Below are positions 10,351 to 19,190 of a stretch of DNA of 64,000 bases, one piece after another. Positions within the stretch are counted from its first letter, which is position 1; every line of letters begins with the position of its first letter. This stretch comes from Bacteroidota bacterium. Its GTDB lineage: Bacteria; Bacteroidota; Bacteroidia; JACPRZ01. Location: positions 128,156-192,155 of the forward strand of contig JACPRZ010000063.1 in NCBI GenBank assembly GCA_016193485.1, read 5' to 3'. The notes beneath the pieces are model-generated. The model was not told where the DNA came from, ran no database searches, and saw only the letters and a program-made list of their open reading frames with translations. The position numbers and the translations under genes were made by a program.

Positions 10351-12314
10351 TCCTGCGGTTCTTTCCAATCGCCATGTTTTTTTATCAGTTCAATCAAAGC
10401 AGGTAACGCATCATCCTCGTTTATGTTTCTCTCAACGATTTCCTTTCCTTTATACAGCGTTATTTTTCCCGGGCCAGTTCCCACATATCCGTAATCGGCA
10501 TCGGCCATTTCACCGGGACCGTTTACAATACATCCCATCACTGCAATTTTAACGCCTTTCAGGTGCGAGGTACGCAGTTTAATTATTTGGGTTGTCTCCT
10601 GCAGGTTGAAAAGGGTTCTGCCGCAGGATGGACAAGCAATATAATCGGTTCGGGATATACGGGTTCGCGTTGCCTGTAATATTGAAAAAGAGAGGGCTGT
10701 AATATCCTGCAACGGATAATTGCCGGTTAACCAAACTCCGTCACTTAACCCGTCCAGCAATAAACCGCCAGCATCGGTTGAAGCATGCAGGCAGAAAACA
10801 TCAACGGTAATTTCCGGGTAATTCCTTTTAAGGATGACCGGTGCGCAGCATTTGTTTTCAGTCAGCAGTGCGAACATCGTTCTCATAGCCGTCAGCGGAA
10901 ATTCGCTTTTACTTACAAAAACCAAAATCGCTGATGGAACCAATTTGATTTTCCGGATAAAATCCTCATTCATATCATCAACAGAAACCGAAATAAAATT
11001 CATTTTATCAGAAATTTGCCCTGCCCACATAAAATCACCCGCTGAAAAAAGCGGGAAAACATTCTGTTTATCAAATTCTTTTATCCAGGAAGGCGCATCA
11101 ATCATAAACCCTGCACCGGAAGGGGGGGGAAAATCAATTTTATTTTTACCCAGGTAAATGTAATCGCAGGCGGCTTCCGCTGCTTTCCATTTTCTATCAT
11201 TCACTGACCATACATGTCCTGCGCTGAACAGGGATTTTTCTGTAATTTTTCCTATCCGGCTGAAATCGGCAACTACCACCGGGACATTCTTCCCACCGAT
11301 ATTTTTCACCTGGCCGCTCACCCGCTTTTCTTTACAGCGCTCACCTCCTCCTGAAATAGTTACTTTGCCGTTATCCTGCGAACCTGAATTATTCCTGCCT
11401 TCCTTACACGCAGGGAATATCGCATTTCTCCTGTTTTCGTATCTTTTTGCGAGCGCAATTGCCGCAGGGATTTCGGCTTCCGGCTCTTCCGCCAGCGAAA
11501 TCCGGATAGTATCACCGATACCTTCTTCAAGAAGTGTTCCGATACCTGCTGCAGATTTTACACGGGCGTCAAGCCCTTCGCCTGCTTCGGTAACGCCAAG
11601 GTGAACCGGATAGTTTCGGTTTGTTTTTATCATCTCATCAACAAGCAGCCGGTACGCCTGAACCATCACGATGGGATTGCTCGCTTTCATGGAAAGAACG
11701 ATGCTGTCGTATCCTTCGTTTTCGCAGATGCGCACAAATTCCATTGCCGATTCAACCATCCCTGCGGGTGTATCGCCATAGCGGTTCATGATGCGGTCGG
11801 AAAGAGAACCATGATTGGTTCCGATGCGCATGGCCGTGCCGTATTCTTTGCAGATTTTTACTAGCGGAAGGAATTTTTCACGGATGCGGTCCAGTTCAGC
11901 AGCGTATTCGGAATCGGAATATTCCCGCTGAGCGAATTTTTTCTTATCGGCAAAATTGCCGGGATTGATGCGTACTTTTTCAACAATACGGGCAGCGGCT
12001 TCTGCCGCATTTGGTGTAAAATGAATATCGGCTATCAGGGGGGCGGTAAAGCCGCGCGCATGAAGTTCTTTCCGGATGATTGCAAGGTTTTCGGCTTCTT
12101 TTATGCTTGGAGCCGTGATGCGCACATAGTCGGCACCGGCTTTTATTATCCGTATTGCCTGTTCCACCGTTCCCTTTGCATCCATTGTATCCGTAGTAGT
12201 CATTGACTGTATGCGGATGGGGTTATCACCACCTAAAGGAACATCGCCTACCGCTACGACACGTGTCCGGAAACGGTAAAGGGTTTTAGTGTCAAAGGAA
12301 ACGGTTTTTTCCAT
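10347..12314 (-). CDS. ispG: (E)-4-hydroxy-3-methylbut-2-enyl-diphosphate synthase, long form
   Basis: IQSMT, ADIHF, RINPGN, HLGVTEAG, GIGDTIRISL, CPSCGR, MGCIVNGPGE. Confidence 0.96.
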   Translation of the reverse strand: MEKTVSFDTKTLYRFRTRVVAVGDVPLGGDNPIRIQSMTTTDTMDAKGTVEQAIRIIKAGADYVRITAPSIKEAENLAIIRKELHARGFTAPLIADIHFTPNAAEAAARIVEKVRINPGNFADKKKFAQREYSDSEYAAELDRIREKFLPLVKICKEYGTAMRIGTNHGSLSDRIMNRYGDTPAGMVESAMEFVRICENEGYDSIVLSMKASNPIVMVQAYRLLVDEMIKTNRNYPVHLGVTEAGEGLDARVKSAAGIGTLLEEGIGDTIRISLAEEPEAEIPAAIALAKRYENRRNAIFPACKEGRNNSGSQDNGKVTISGGGERCKEKRVSGQVKNIGGKNVPVVVADFSRIGKITEKSLFSAGHVWSVNDRKWKAAEAACDYIYLGKNKIDFPPPSGAGFMIDAPSWIKEFDKQNVFPLFSAGDFMWAGQISDKMNFISVSVDDMNEDFIRKIKLVPSAILVFVSKSEFPLTAMRTMFALLTENKCCAPVILKRNYPEITVDVFCLHASTDAGGLLLDGLSDGVWLTGNYPLQDITALSFSILQATRTRISRTDYIACPSCGRTLFNLQETTQIIKLRTSHLKGVKIAVMGCIVNGPGEMADADYGYVGTGPGKITLYKGKEIVERNINEDDALPALIELIKKHGDWKEPQE

Positions 12315-12359
12315 CGGGACAGGTTACAATGCACAGGGAGAATACCTGATCTGAATTTG

Positions 12360-12432
12360 TGGGCCCACAGGGATTTGAACCCCGGACCAACGGATTATGA
12401 GTCCGCTGCTCTGACCGCTGAGCTATGGGCCC
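12360..12432 (-). tRNA. tRNA-Ile2 (anticodon CAT), CCA not encoded
   Basis: GGGCCCATAGCTCAGCGGTCAGAGCAGCGGACTCATAATCCGTTGGTCCGGGGTTCAAATCCCTGTGGGCCCA folds to a cloverleaf; lacks initiator hallmarks. Confidence 0.9.
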
Positions 12433-12449
12433 GTTTCAAATATGGTAAT

Positions 12450-12833
12450 TTATTTATATCTTTCTTTGAGTAAATCAGAAATATCAGGAAAAAGTTTCAG
12501 ATTCCTGATATATTTTGTGCTCTTCATGTTTTTAATGTGTTTTTCTATTGCCCTTGCCTGTAATATAGTACTGCACCTGATTATGAAATAAATATTCCAG
12601 TCGTTTACTAATGAAGTAAAATGTTTTGTTACTACTCAGCATCCCAGGAATTTCATGCCACAAAATCACTAAAACACAAAATTTCACTAAATTTTTTTGT
12701 GTTTTTTGGTGCTTTTGTGACTTTGTGGCAGAAATTTTTATGTTTTCGGATACCCACCTGAATAGGTTTCAGTTGTGCTTCCCACATAATATTTGTTGAG
12801 GTGTTTGCTAAATAATATGTAACAATACGCCAT
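12450..12833 (-). pseudogene. GIY-YIG nuclease pseudogene (frameshift near 12765 and about 95-bp insertion)
   Basis: N-part MAYCYILFSKHLNKYYVGSTTE then shifted PIQVGIRKHKN; C-part TKHFTSLVNDWNIYFIIRCSTILQARAIEKHIKNMKSTKYIRNLKLFPDISDLLKERYK*. Confidence 0.85.
12656..12730. repeat. Gene-less inverted array of CACAAA/CACTAA units inserted in the GIY-YIG gene
   Basis: tgccacaaaatcactaaaacacaaa...tttgtgttttttggtgcttttgtgactttgtggca; terminal IR TGCCACAAA/TTTGTGGCA. Confidence 0.8.
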
Positions 12834-12853
12834 TTATTCAAAACGTCTTTTAA

Positions 12854-12948
12854 TGAACCCCGGACCAACGGCCCCGATAGATATCGGGGGAGTCCGCTGC
12901 TATGACCGTCCCGATGGCCCCGATGGCTATCGGGGGGACTATGGGCCC
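12854..12948 (-). pseudogene. Partial duplicate of tRNA-Ile2 disrupted by two palindrome insertions
   Basis: Colinear with 12376-12432 except attat replaced by ccccgatagatatcgggg, ctgag replaced by a 30-bp nested palindrome, and one substitution. Confidence 0.9.
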
Positions 12949-12969
12949 CTGGTGATAAGTAACGATTTC

Positions 12970-12991
12970 TACATTTGCCCCTGCAAATTTA
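12970..12991. promoter_or_regulatory. Two opposed -7 boxes (TACATTTG on +, TAAATTTG on -) for the HAD gene and the tRNA locus
   Basis: Both match TAnnTTTG between divergent genes. Confidence 0.55.
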
Positions 12992-12997
12992 ACAACC

Positions 12998-13609
12998 TTG
13001 TGCATACCGCCCGATACCCGTAATATTATCTTCGACCTTGGTGTGGTTCTTATGGATATTCATCCTGAAAGAACCGAAAGCGCTTTCAGAACGCTCGGAT
13101 TGAAAAATTCCGGTTCCTTTCTTTTTCAACCGGGTAAAGAAAACCTCTTTACGGAGATGGAACTCGGCAGGGTTTCACCCGCTGGATTCCGCAACCAATT
13201 AAAAAAGTTTCTGCCGGCAAGTGTATTCGGTTTGGAAATTGACAGTGCGTGGAATGCAATGCTCGGAGAAATACCTGCTGAAAAGATGAAAATGCTTATT
13301 ACATTTTCCGCTCATTACCGCCTTTTTTTATTGAGCAACACCAACGAGATACACCTTAACGCAATCTCAATTTACCTGGACCAGCGATATGGCGTAAAAA
13401 ACCTTCATCATATTTTTGAGAAAGAATACTACTCCTGCCGCCTCGGTTTGCGTAAACCCGATGAAAAAATATTTAACTATGTTTTATCCGTAAACCACCT
13501 CAACCCGGCCGAGACGCTCTTTATTGACGATTCACCGGAAAATGTTGCTGCAGCGGCCAGAGTTGGAATTAAAGCGATCCGCTATTCCTTCGGGATGGTA
13601 TTTGATTAA
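12998..13609 (+). CDS. HAD family phosphatase (YihX-like)
   Basis: IIFDLGVV, LLSNTN, RKPD, FIDD. Confidence 0.9.
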   Translation: MCIPPDTRNIIFDLGVVLMDIHPERTESAFRTLGLKNSGSFLFQPGKENLFTEMELGRVSPAGFRNQLKKFLPASVFGLEIDSAWNAMLGEIPAEKMKMLITFSAHYRLFLLSNTNEIHLNAISIYLDQRYGVKNLHHIFEKEYYSCRLGLRKPDEKIFNYVLSVNHLNPAETLFIDDSPENVAAAARVGIKAIRYSFGMVFD

Positions 13610-13658
13610 AGTTGGCAAAGATTGTTGTGTTCTTTGCAATAAACAAATTCAAGCCGAT

Positions 13659-13685
13659 CCTTATTCCCTATTCCTTATACCTTAC
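13659..13685. repeat. 7-mer array (CCTTATA-like) overlapping the recJ stop codon
   Basis: ccttatt ccctatt ccttata ccttac; same unit as 29508-29566. Confidence 0.6.
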
Positions 13686-15412
13686 TTCCCCTCCTCAATA
13701 TGTTTTACCTTCAACTGTATTTCATCATATCCCTGCCAGTTGTTTACATCAATGTAATAGGTAATATTAAAGGGCTGGCCCGATTTTACTATGTTAAATG
13801 ATCCGGCCTGGTCAAAGGCGATACAGTCAAACCGCAGTGCCGGACGGACTGGCTCAAAGACCTTTAATTTCAGGTGACCGTTGCCGACAATACGTGAATA
13901 CCCGGTATCAAATACACCTTTTGTTTCAAATACAGGTCGCATGTTGCCGGGCCCGTAAGGAGCAAACAAATCAATCCACCGGAATAGTTCAGTTGATATT
14001 TCAGCGTAAGAAATTTCAGCATCAATATCAATCCTTGGAACGAGCATCTCATCTGAGATCAACCCGGTTACAATCTCATCGAATTTTTTACGGAATTCAT
14101 CAATATTTTCCGTTTTGATAGTAAGTCCTGCTGCATATTTATGACCTCCGAACTGTTCCAGAAGGTTGCTGCATGATTCAATAGCGGAATATATATCGAA
14201 GTCGCGTACCGACCTGGCCGATCCTGCGGCAATTCCGTTTGATTTAGTAAGCAGAATTGTGGGGCGGTAGAATTTCTCCTGGATTCGCGATGCCACGATA
14301 CCGATTACCCCTTTATGCCATCCCGGATTAAACAGAACCGTTGACTTTGCATTGAGCAGCCAATCATCCGATTCTATCATGCCGATGGCTTCAATGGTGG
14401 TACGTGCGTCAATATCCTTTCGCGTGGAATTGTCATCGTTAAGTTCTTTTGCAAGCGGTGCAGCATCTTCATAAGTTACTGCCGTAAGGAGTTCAACGGA
14501 TTTGCGGCCTGAATCAATCCGTCCGGCAGCATTGATCCTTGGCGCTATCACAAAAACAATTTCACCGGTAGATACTTTCCGGTTCAGCCCGCCAACATCC
14601 ATCAGCGCTTTGATACCGGGACGCGGCTTCGTATTGATCCGGTTGATTCCTTCGGCAAGAAGAATACGGTTTTCACCGGTAACCGGGACAATATCTGCCG
14701 CTACGCTGAGGGCTACAAGGTCAAGTGCCGGATCGAGCAGGGAAAGAGGGAGGTTCTGCTTTGCAAGGATGGCTTGAGCAAATTTATAGGCGATTCCGCA
14801 ACCCGTAAGTTCTTTATAGGGATATAAACAGTTTTTCTGCTTCGGGTCAAGTATGGCCGATGCGGCAGGGATATCATCTCCGGGTAAATGGTGATCGCAG
14901 ATAATAAAGTCAATCCCTTTTGACCGGGCATATTTTATTTTATCGGCTGATTTAATTCCGCAGTCAATCGCAATTATAAGAGAAAATCTGTTTTCAGCGG
15001 CATAATCAATTCCTTTAATTGAAATGCCATAGCCCTCGCTGTAGCGATCAGGTATATAAAAACTGCAATCGGGCTTTTTACCGTCCGCATTAGGAAAATG
15101 ATTTTTTAAAAAAGAATAAAAGAGTGAGACCCCGGTGGTACCATCCACATCATAATCACCGAAGACCATGATCTTTTCCCCGGCTGAAACAGCCAGATCA
15201 ATCCGTGCAACGGCTTTTTCCATATCCTTCATAAGGAAAGGATTATGGAGATTTTCAAGGGAAGGATTAATGAATTTTTCAACTTCGCCCGGAGTTGATA
15301 TACCCCGCTGTAAAAGCAGGCGGGCTACCAACGGTTCGGTAGAAATCTCTCTTGCCAGGGAGATAATTGCGTTGGAGCCGGCATCGGGCTTAATGTATTT
15401 GCGGATATTCAT
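13682..15412 (-). CDS. recJ: ssDNA-specific exonuclease RecJ
   Basis: GDYDVDG, DCG, DHH, PRINAAGR, GSARS, GGH. Confidence 0.96.
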   Translation of the reverse strand: MNIRKYIKPDAGSNAIISLAREISTEPLVARLLLQRGISTPGEVEKFINPSLENLHNPFLMKDMEKAVARIDLAVSAGEKIMVFGDYDVDGTTGVSLFYSFLKNHFPNADGKKPDCSFYIPDRYSEGYGISIKGIDYAAENRFSLIIAIDCGIKSADKIKYARSKGIDFIICDHHLPGDDIPAASAILDPKQKNCLYPYKELTGCGIAYKFAQAILAKQNLPLSLLDPALDLVALSVAADIVPVTGENRILLAEGINRINTKPRPGIKALMDVGGLNRKVSTGEIVFVIAPRINAAGRIDSGRKSVELLTAVTYEDAAPLAKELNDDNSTRKDIDARTTIEAIGMIESDDWLLNAKSTVLFNPGWHKGVIGIVASRIQEKFYRPTILLTKSNGIAAGSARSVRDFDIYSAIESCSNLLEQFGGHKYAAGLTIKTENIDEFRKKFDEIVTGLISDEMLVPRIDIDAEISYAEISTELFRWIDLFAPYGPGNMRPVFETKGVFDTGYSRIVGNGHLKLKVFEPVRPALRFDCIAFDQAGSFNIVKSGQPFNITYYIDVNNWQGYDEIQLKVKHIEEGK

Positions 15413-15565
15413 AAATGCTGGTAATGAAAAAATTGAGGTAACGGGCAAAGATGAGAAAAAAATAGCGGTCGTATAATAATTTTTCTTTTCTTTGCACCGT
15501 AAATAAAAATAGGGATATGAAAACGCGGTTCATAGGTTGAATTCAACAGTTTGTTCTGTTTATCA

Positions 15566-15573
15566 TATCTTTG
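15566..15573 (+). promoter_or_regulatory. -7 promoter box for acpP-fabF-rnc
   Basis: TATCTTTG 28 nt before acpP ATG. Confidence 0.6.
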
Positions 15574-15601
15574 CTAAATTATTAACCTTAATTTTTCTTT
15601 T

Positions 15602-15841
15602 ATGTCAGACATAGCATCCCGTGTAAAAGCCATTATCGTGGATAAACTTGGAGTAAGCGAAAAAGAGGTGACCAACGAAGCCAGTTTCACCAACGACCTG
15701 GGAGCCGATTCGCTCGATACGGTGGAATTAATCATGGAATTTGAGAAGGAATTCAACATTGCTATTCCTGACGACCAGGCCGAAAAAATCCGCACCGTTG
15801 GGGAAGCCATCGCCTACATTGAACAGCAAGCCAGCAAGTAA
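15602..15841 (+). CDS. acpP: Acyl carrier protein
   Basis: [17 protein letters not shown]. Confidence 0.97.
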   Translation: MSDIASRVKAIIVDKLGVSEKEVTNEASFTNDLGADSLDTVELIMEFEKEFNIAIPDDQAEKIRTVGEAIAYIEQQASK

Positions 15842-15959
15842 CCGGACAATCTATTATTTTTCTTCTAATCCAAACCACATTGGGTTTTGGGTATACGCTC
15901 CCTATGGAAAGGGACTGCAAAATCATTCAGTATAAGTATAATTCACAAACCCCACGTAC

Positions 15960-17216
15960 ATGGAGCTAAGGCGTGTTGTAGTCACCGGTCTTGGCGCCAT
16001 TACCCCGGTCGGCAATAGTGCAAAAGATTTTTTTGATAATCTCCTTTCCGGGATAAGCGGAGCGGGTCCCATTACTGCATTTGACAGTTCAAAGTTTAAA
16101 ACGAAATTTGCCTGTGAAGTAAAAAACTTCAACCCGGAAGATCATTTTGACCGGAAGGAAGCGCGCAAACTGGATCGCTATGCCCACTTTGCCCTGGTCG
16201 CTGCTGACGATGCGATAAAGGACTCCGCCATTGATTGCAAAGCGGTAAATACCGACAGGGTCGGAGTGATTATGGGAGTCGGTATTGGAGGCCTTAACAC
16301 ATTCTATTCTGAAGTTGCCGATTTTGCACGCGGGGATGGAACTCCCAGGTTTAACCCGTTTTTTATACCGAAAATGATTGCGGATATTGCCGCAGGACAT
16401 ATATCCATCAAATACGGTTTCAGGGGTCCTAACTATACAACGGTATCGGCATGCGCATCTTCAACACATGCCATCATAGATGCTTTTAATGCAATCCGGC
16501 TGGGCAAGGCGGATATTATTATTGCAGGTGGAGCGGAAGCGGCAGTTACCCAGGCAGGGCTCGGGGGCTTTAACGCCATGAAAGCGCTATCGGAAAGAAA
16601 TGACGATCCGCAAACGGCATCACGTCCCTTTGACAAAGACCGTGACGGATTTGTTCTTGGTGAAGGTGCCGGAATGCTTGTGCTTGAAGAAAAGGAACAC
16701 GCCATCCGCAGAAATGCGCGCATTTATGCGGAACTTTCAGGAGGAGGTATGTCGGCCGATGCGCACCATATTACCGCACCTCACCCCGATGGACTGGGCG
16801 CTGTTTTATCCATGAAAGTTGCCATGGAAGATGCAGTGATGAACCCTTCCGATATCGCTTACATTAATGTTCACGGAACCTCTACGCCTCTTGGAGATGT
16901 TTCTGAACTGAAAGCGATACAACAATATTTTGGAGAACATGCTTTCCGGATGAACATCAGTTCAACTAAATCCATGACCGGGCACCTGCTTGGCGCTGCT
17001 GGCGCAATTGAAGCCATCGCTTCAATTTTCGCTGTTTACAAAGATGTCATTCCGCCAACCATAAACCATTTCACCGATGACCCGGAAATTGATCCACGGT
17101 TTAATCTCACCTTTAACAAAAAACAAAACCGGACGGTAGAAGCAGCCCTCAGCAACACATTCGGTTTCGGAGGACATAACGCCACGGTCATCTTTAAAAA
17201 ATTTTCAACTACTTAA
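15960..17216 (+). CDS. fabF: Beta-ketoacyl-ACP synthase II
   Basis: VSACAS, NVHGTST, KSMTGHLLGAAG, FGFGGHN. Confidence 0.97.
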   Translation: MELRRVVVTGLGAITPVGNSAKDFFDNLLSGISGAGPITAFDSSKFKTKFACEVKNFNPEDHFDRKEARKLDRYAHFALVAADDAIKDSAIDCKAVNTDRVGVIMGVGIGGLNTFYSEVADFARGDGTPRFNPFFIPKMIADIAAGHISIKYGFRGPNYTTVSACASSTHAIIDAFNAIRLGKADIIIAGGAEAAVTQAGLGGFNAMKALSERNDDPQTASRPFDKDRDGFVLGEGAGMLVLEEKEHAIRRNARIYAELSGGGMSADAHHITAPHPDGLGAVLSMKVAMEDAVMNPSDIAYINVHGTSTPLGDVSELKAIQQYFGEHAFRMNISSTKSMTGHLLGAAGAIEAIASIFAVYKDVIPPTINHFTDDPEIDPRFNLTFNKKQNRTVEAALSNTFGFGGHNATVIFKKFSTT

Positions 17217-17234
17217 CAACTATCAAAAATGGCA

Positions 17235-17672
17235 TCTCGCAAAGTCGCAAAGTCCGCAAAGTATGAGAACTGAAAATGAAATTTCAAAAATTTTAGTGAA
17301 TATCTTTCTCAAAGTTCACCGGACACCTGGACCTGGTTTGCTTGAATCTGTTTATGAAGCCGCTATATGCTATGAATTGGAAAAATTGGGAATTCCATTC
17401 AAAAGACAACAGGGCATTGAAGTGTACTATGACCATGTGAAAATGGAGTTGGGTTTCAGGGCAGATATTGTGGTTGATGGAAAAGTAATTGTAGAAATAA
17501 AATCTGTTGATACTCTTACGGATGTCCATTATAAAGTATTGCTGACTTATTTAAGATTAACTAATTTGAAATTAGGATTGCTTGTCAATTTTAATGTCAC
17601 TTTAATAAAGAATGGAATAACAAGAATCGTTAATAATCTGTAATTCTTCGCGTGCTTTGCGTCTTTGCGAGA
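17235..17672. mobile_element. GxxExxY cassette bounded by inverted CGCAAAG arrays, between fabF and rnc
   Basis: Left tctcgcaaagtcgcaaagtccgcaaagt (17235-17262); right cttcgcgtgctttgcgtctttgcgaga (17646-17672). Confidence 0.65.
17263..17643 (+). CDS. GxxExxY protein (PD-(D/E)xK nuclease fold)
   Basis: GLLESVY, RADIVV...IVEIKS, GLLVNFN. Confidence 0.93.
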   Translation: MRTENEISKILVNIFLKVHRTPGPGLLESVYEAAICYELEKLGIPFKRQQGIEVYYDHVKMELGFRADIVVDGKVIVEIKSVDTLTDVHYKVLLTYLRLTNLKLGLLVNFNVTLIKNGITRIVNNL

Positions 17673-17732
17673 GAAAATATTTGCGAGACATAATGCGCAC
17701 CTGAGTAACAAAAATTTAAAGGGTAGTTTTTT

Positions 17733-18470
17733 ATGTCCGTCATCCCGCTTGGAGGTTATTTCAGGCACTTTTTCTCATCCGATAAAGATTTTACCAGAAC
17801 CATAAAGCATATTACGGGTTTTTATCCTTCCAATATTCATGTATACAAACTCGCTTTCATTCATAAATCGTCAGCCGGTGAAGCGAAGGAAGGATATTTT
17901 CATTGCAACGAGCGGCTTGAATTTTTAGGCGATGCGGTTCTGAATACCGTCATTGCGGCATTCCTTTTTAAAAAATTTCCCTATGAAAGCGAGGGATTTC
18001 TCACCCAGGCGCGGTCAAAGATTGTCAGCCGGAACAGTTTAAACGAAATCGCACGGCTTCTCGATATTGTACAGATTATCCGGTATAATCCCGGCAGCAC
18101 CGGAGACACTGAAACGATTCTTGGAAACGCATTTGAAGCCCTTATAGGAGCCATTTATATTGATAAGGGATTTGAAATGACAAAGAAATTTATTGTCAAC
18201 CGTCTTTTGGGGGAGTTTATAGACCTCGATGAAGTCCTTGCCCGCGAGACCGACTTCAAAAGCAAACTGATCAACTGGGCCCAGAAGGAAAGGAAACCCG
18301 TTGTTTTTACGGTACTTAAAGAAACCGATAAAGGACCCCGCAGGGAATTTATAATAGAAGTAAGAGTAGATAATACAGTGGCGGGAAAAGGCATCGCGTT
18401 TTCAAAAAAAGCCGCTGAACAGAAAGCATCTGAAGAAGCGTGTGCAAAGTTGAAACACTTGATGGAGTAG
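17733..18470 (+). CDS. rnc: Ribonuclease III
   Basis: NERLEFLGDAVL, FEALIGAIYID, dsRBD with SKKAAEQ. Confidence 0.96.
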   Translation: MSVIPLGGYFRHFFSSDKDFTRTIKHITGFYPSNIHVYKLAFIHKSSAGEAKEGYFHCNERLEFLGDAVLNTVIAAFLFKKFPYESEGFLTQARSKIVSRNSLNEIARLLDIVQIIRYNPGSTGDTETILGNAFEALIGAIYIDKGFEMTKKFIVNRLLGEFIDLDEVLARETDFKSKLINWAQKERKPVVFTVLKETDKGPRREFIIEVRVDNTVAGKGIAFSKKAAEQKASEEACAKLKHLME

Positions 18471-18540
18471 GAAGGAGACGGGGAGACAGGGTGCAGTTGG
18501 CAATGGGCAGAAGACAGCAGACAATAAACAATAGCAACAG
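18470..18540. repeat. Degenerate 8-mer (GGAGAC) and 7-mer (CAGTTGG-like) arrays
   Basis: ggaaggagacggggagacaggg then cagttgg caatggg cagaaga cagcaga caataaa caatagc. Confidence 0.5.
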
Positions 18541-18588
18541 GAAGTATTATACTGTGCATGGTGTAAATTTCCACATTCATTACCCCAT

Positions 18589-18662
18589 CGAAGTACGAAC
18601 AAAATACGAACATGCGAAGTACGAATTCGTAGTTCGTAACTTCGTAACAAATTCGTACTTCG
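18589..18662. repeat. Gene-less inverted TACGAA/TTCGTA array
   Basis: Terminal IR CGAAGTACGAA / TTCGTACTTCG with internal repeats. Confidence 0.85.
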
Positions 18663-18697
18663 GTGGAATAATTTGCAATTAATTAGCCGACATTTCA

Positions 18698-18725
18698 TGC
18701 CAAAGGCAGATCCGTCTTTGGCGGA
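18698..18725. repeat. Double mini-hairpin TGCCAAAGGCA-GA-TCCGTCTTTGGCGGA
   Basis: Two adjacent short palindromes seen directly. Confidence 0.55.
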
Positions 18726-18766
18726 AAAATGCGACAATAGATCCCGTTAATAGTATAATTGCACTA

Positions 18767-19189
18767 ATGGCAACAAAAAAACTTAAAACAACAACCGATT
18801 ACGATTTCCTGCTGGTCGCCATTGTTTGCCCGGAAAACGATTACCGGTTGTGCCGTGAAATCAATATTAAACTTAGAATACCCATGAAAAGGGCGAAAAC
18901 GGATATTGAACACTTCCCCCCCGGGAAAAAACTCTCTGTCTTCTCCCTTTTTGAATACCTGCCGGGCGATAACGAACCTCAGTATAACCTTATATCCAAC
19001 AAAAGTTCAGGGGAGTTGCTCGTACCCGCATTTAAAAGAGTTGATTATTTTTTGAGAATTAAAGGACCTTCATCCCTCATTCAGAGGGAAAAAATTCTTT
19101 TATCCCTTTCTGAAATTCCCTTTGTACTTTCCGCTTTTGAAGCGCCACCGGAGAAAATTAAATCCAAAGAGATATTATTGTTGTCGTAA
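18767..19189 (+). CDS. IPExxxVDY family protein
   Basis: DYRLC near N-terminus; LVPAFKRVDYFL; usual position between rnc and pyk. Confidence 0.85.
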   Translation: MATKKLKTTTDYDFLLVAIVCPENDYRLCREINIKLRIPMKRAKTDIEHFPPGKKLSVFSLFEYLPGDNEPQYNLISNKSSGELLVPAFKRVDYFLRIKGPSSLIQREKILLSLSEIPFVLSAFEAPPEKIKSKEILLLS

Positions 19190-19190
19190 A

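Noticed and set aside
12360-12432. tRNA-Met or tRNA-fMet
   Set aside because: G1-C72 is paired, there is no GGG/CCC anticodon stem, and the overall sequence resembles Ile2; isotype is still worth confirming computationally.
12433-12853. Prophage or integrative element at the tRNA
   Set aside because: Only about 420 bp between the tRNA copies, with no integrase or phage genes.
12653-12868. 71-aa ORF from the track
   Set aside because: Chimera of pseudo-tRNA, shifted GIY-YIG sequence and a repeat array.
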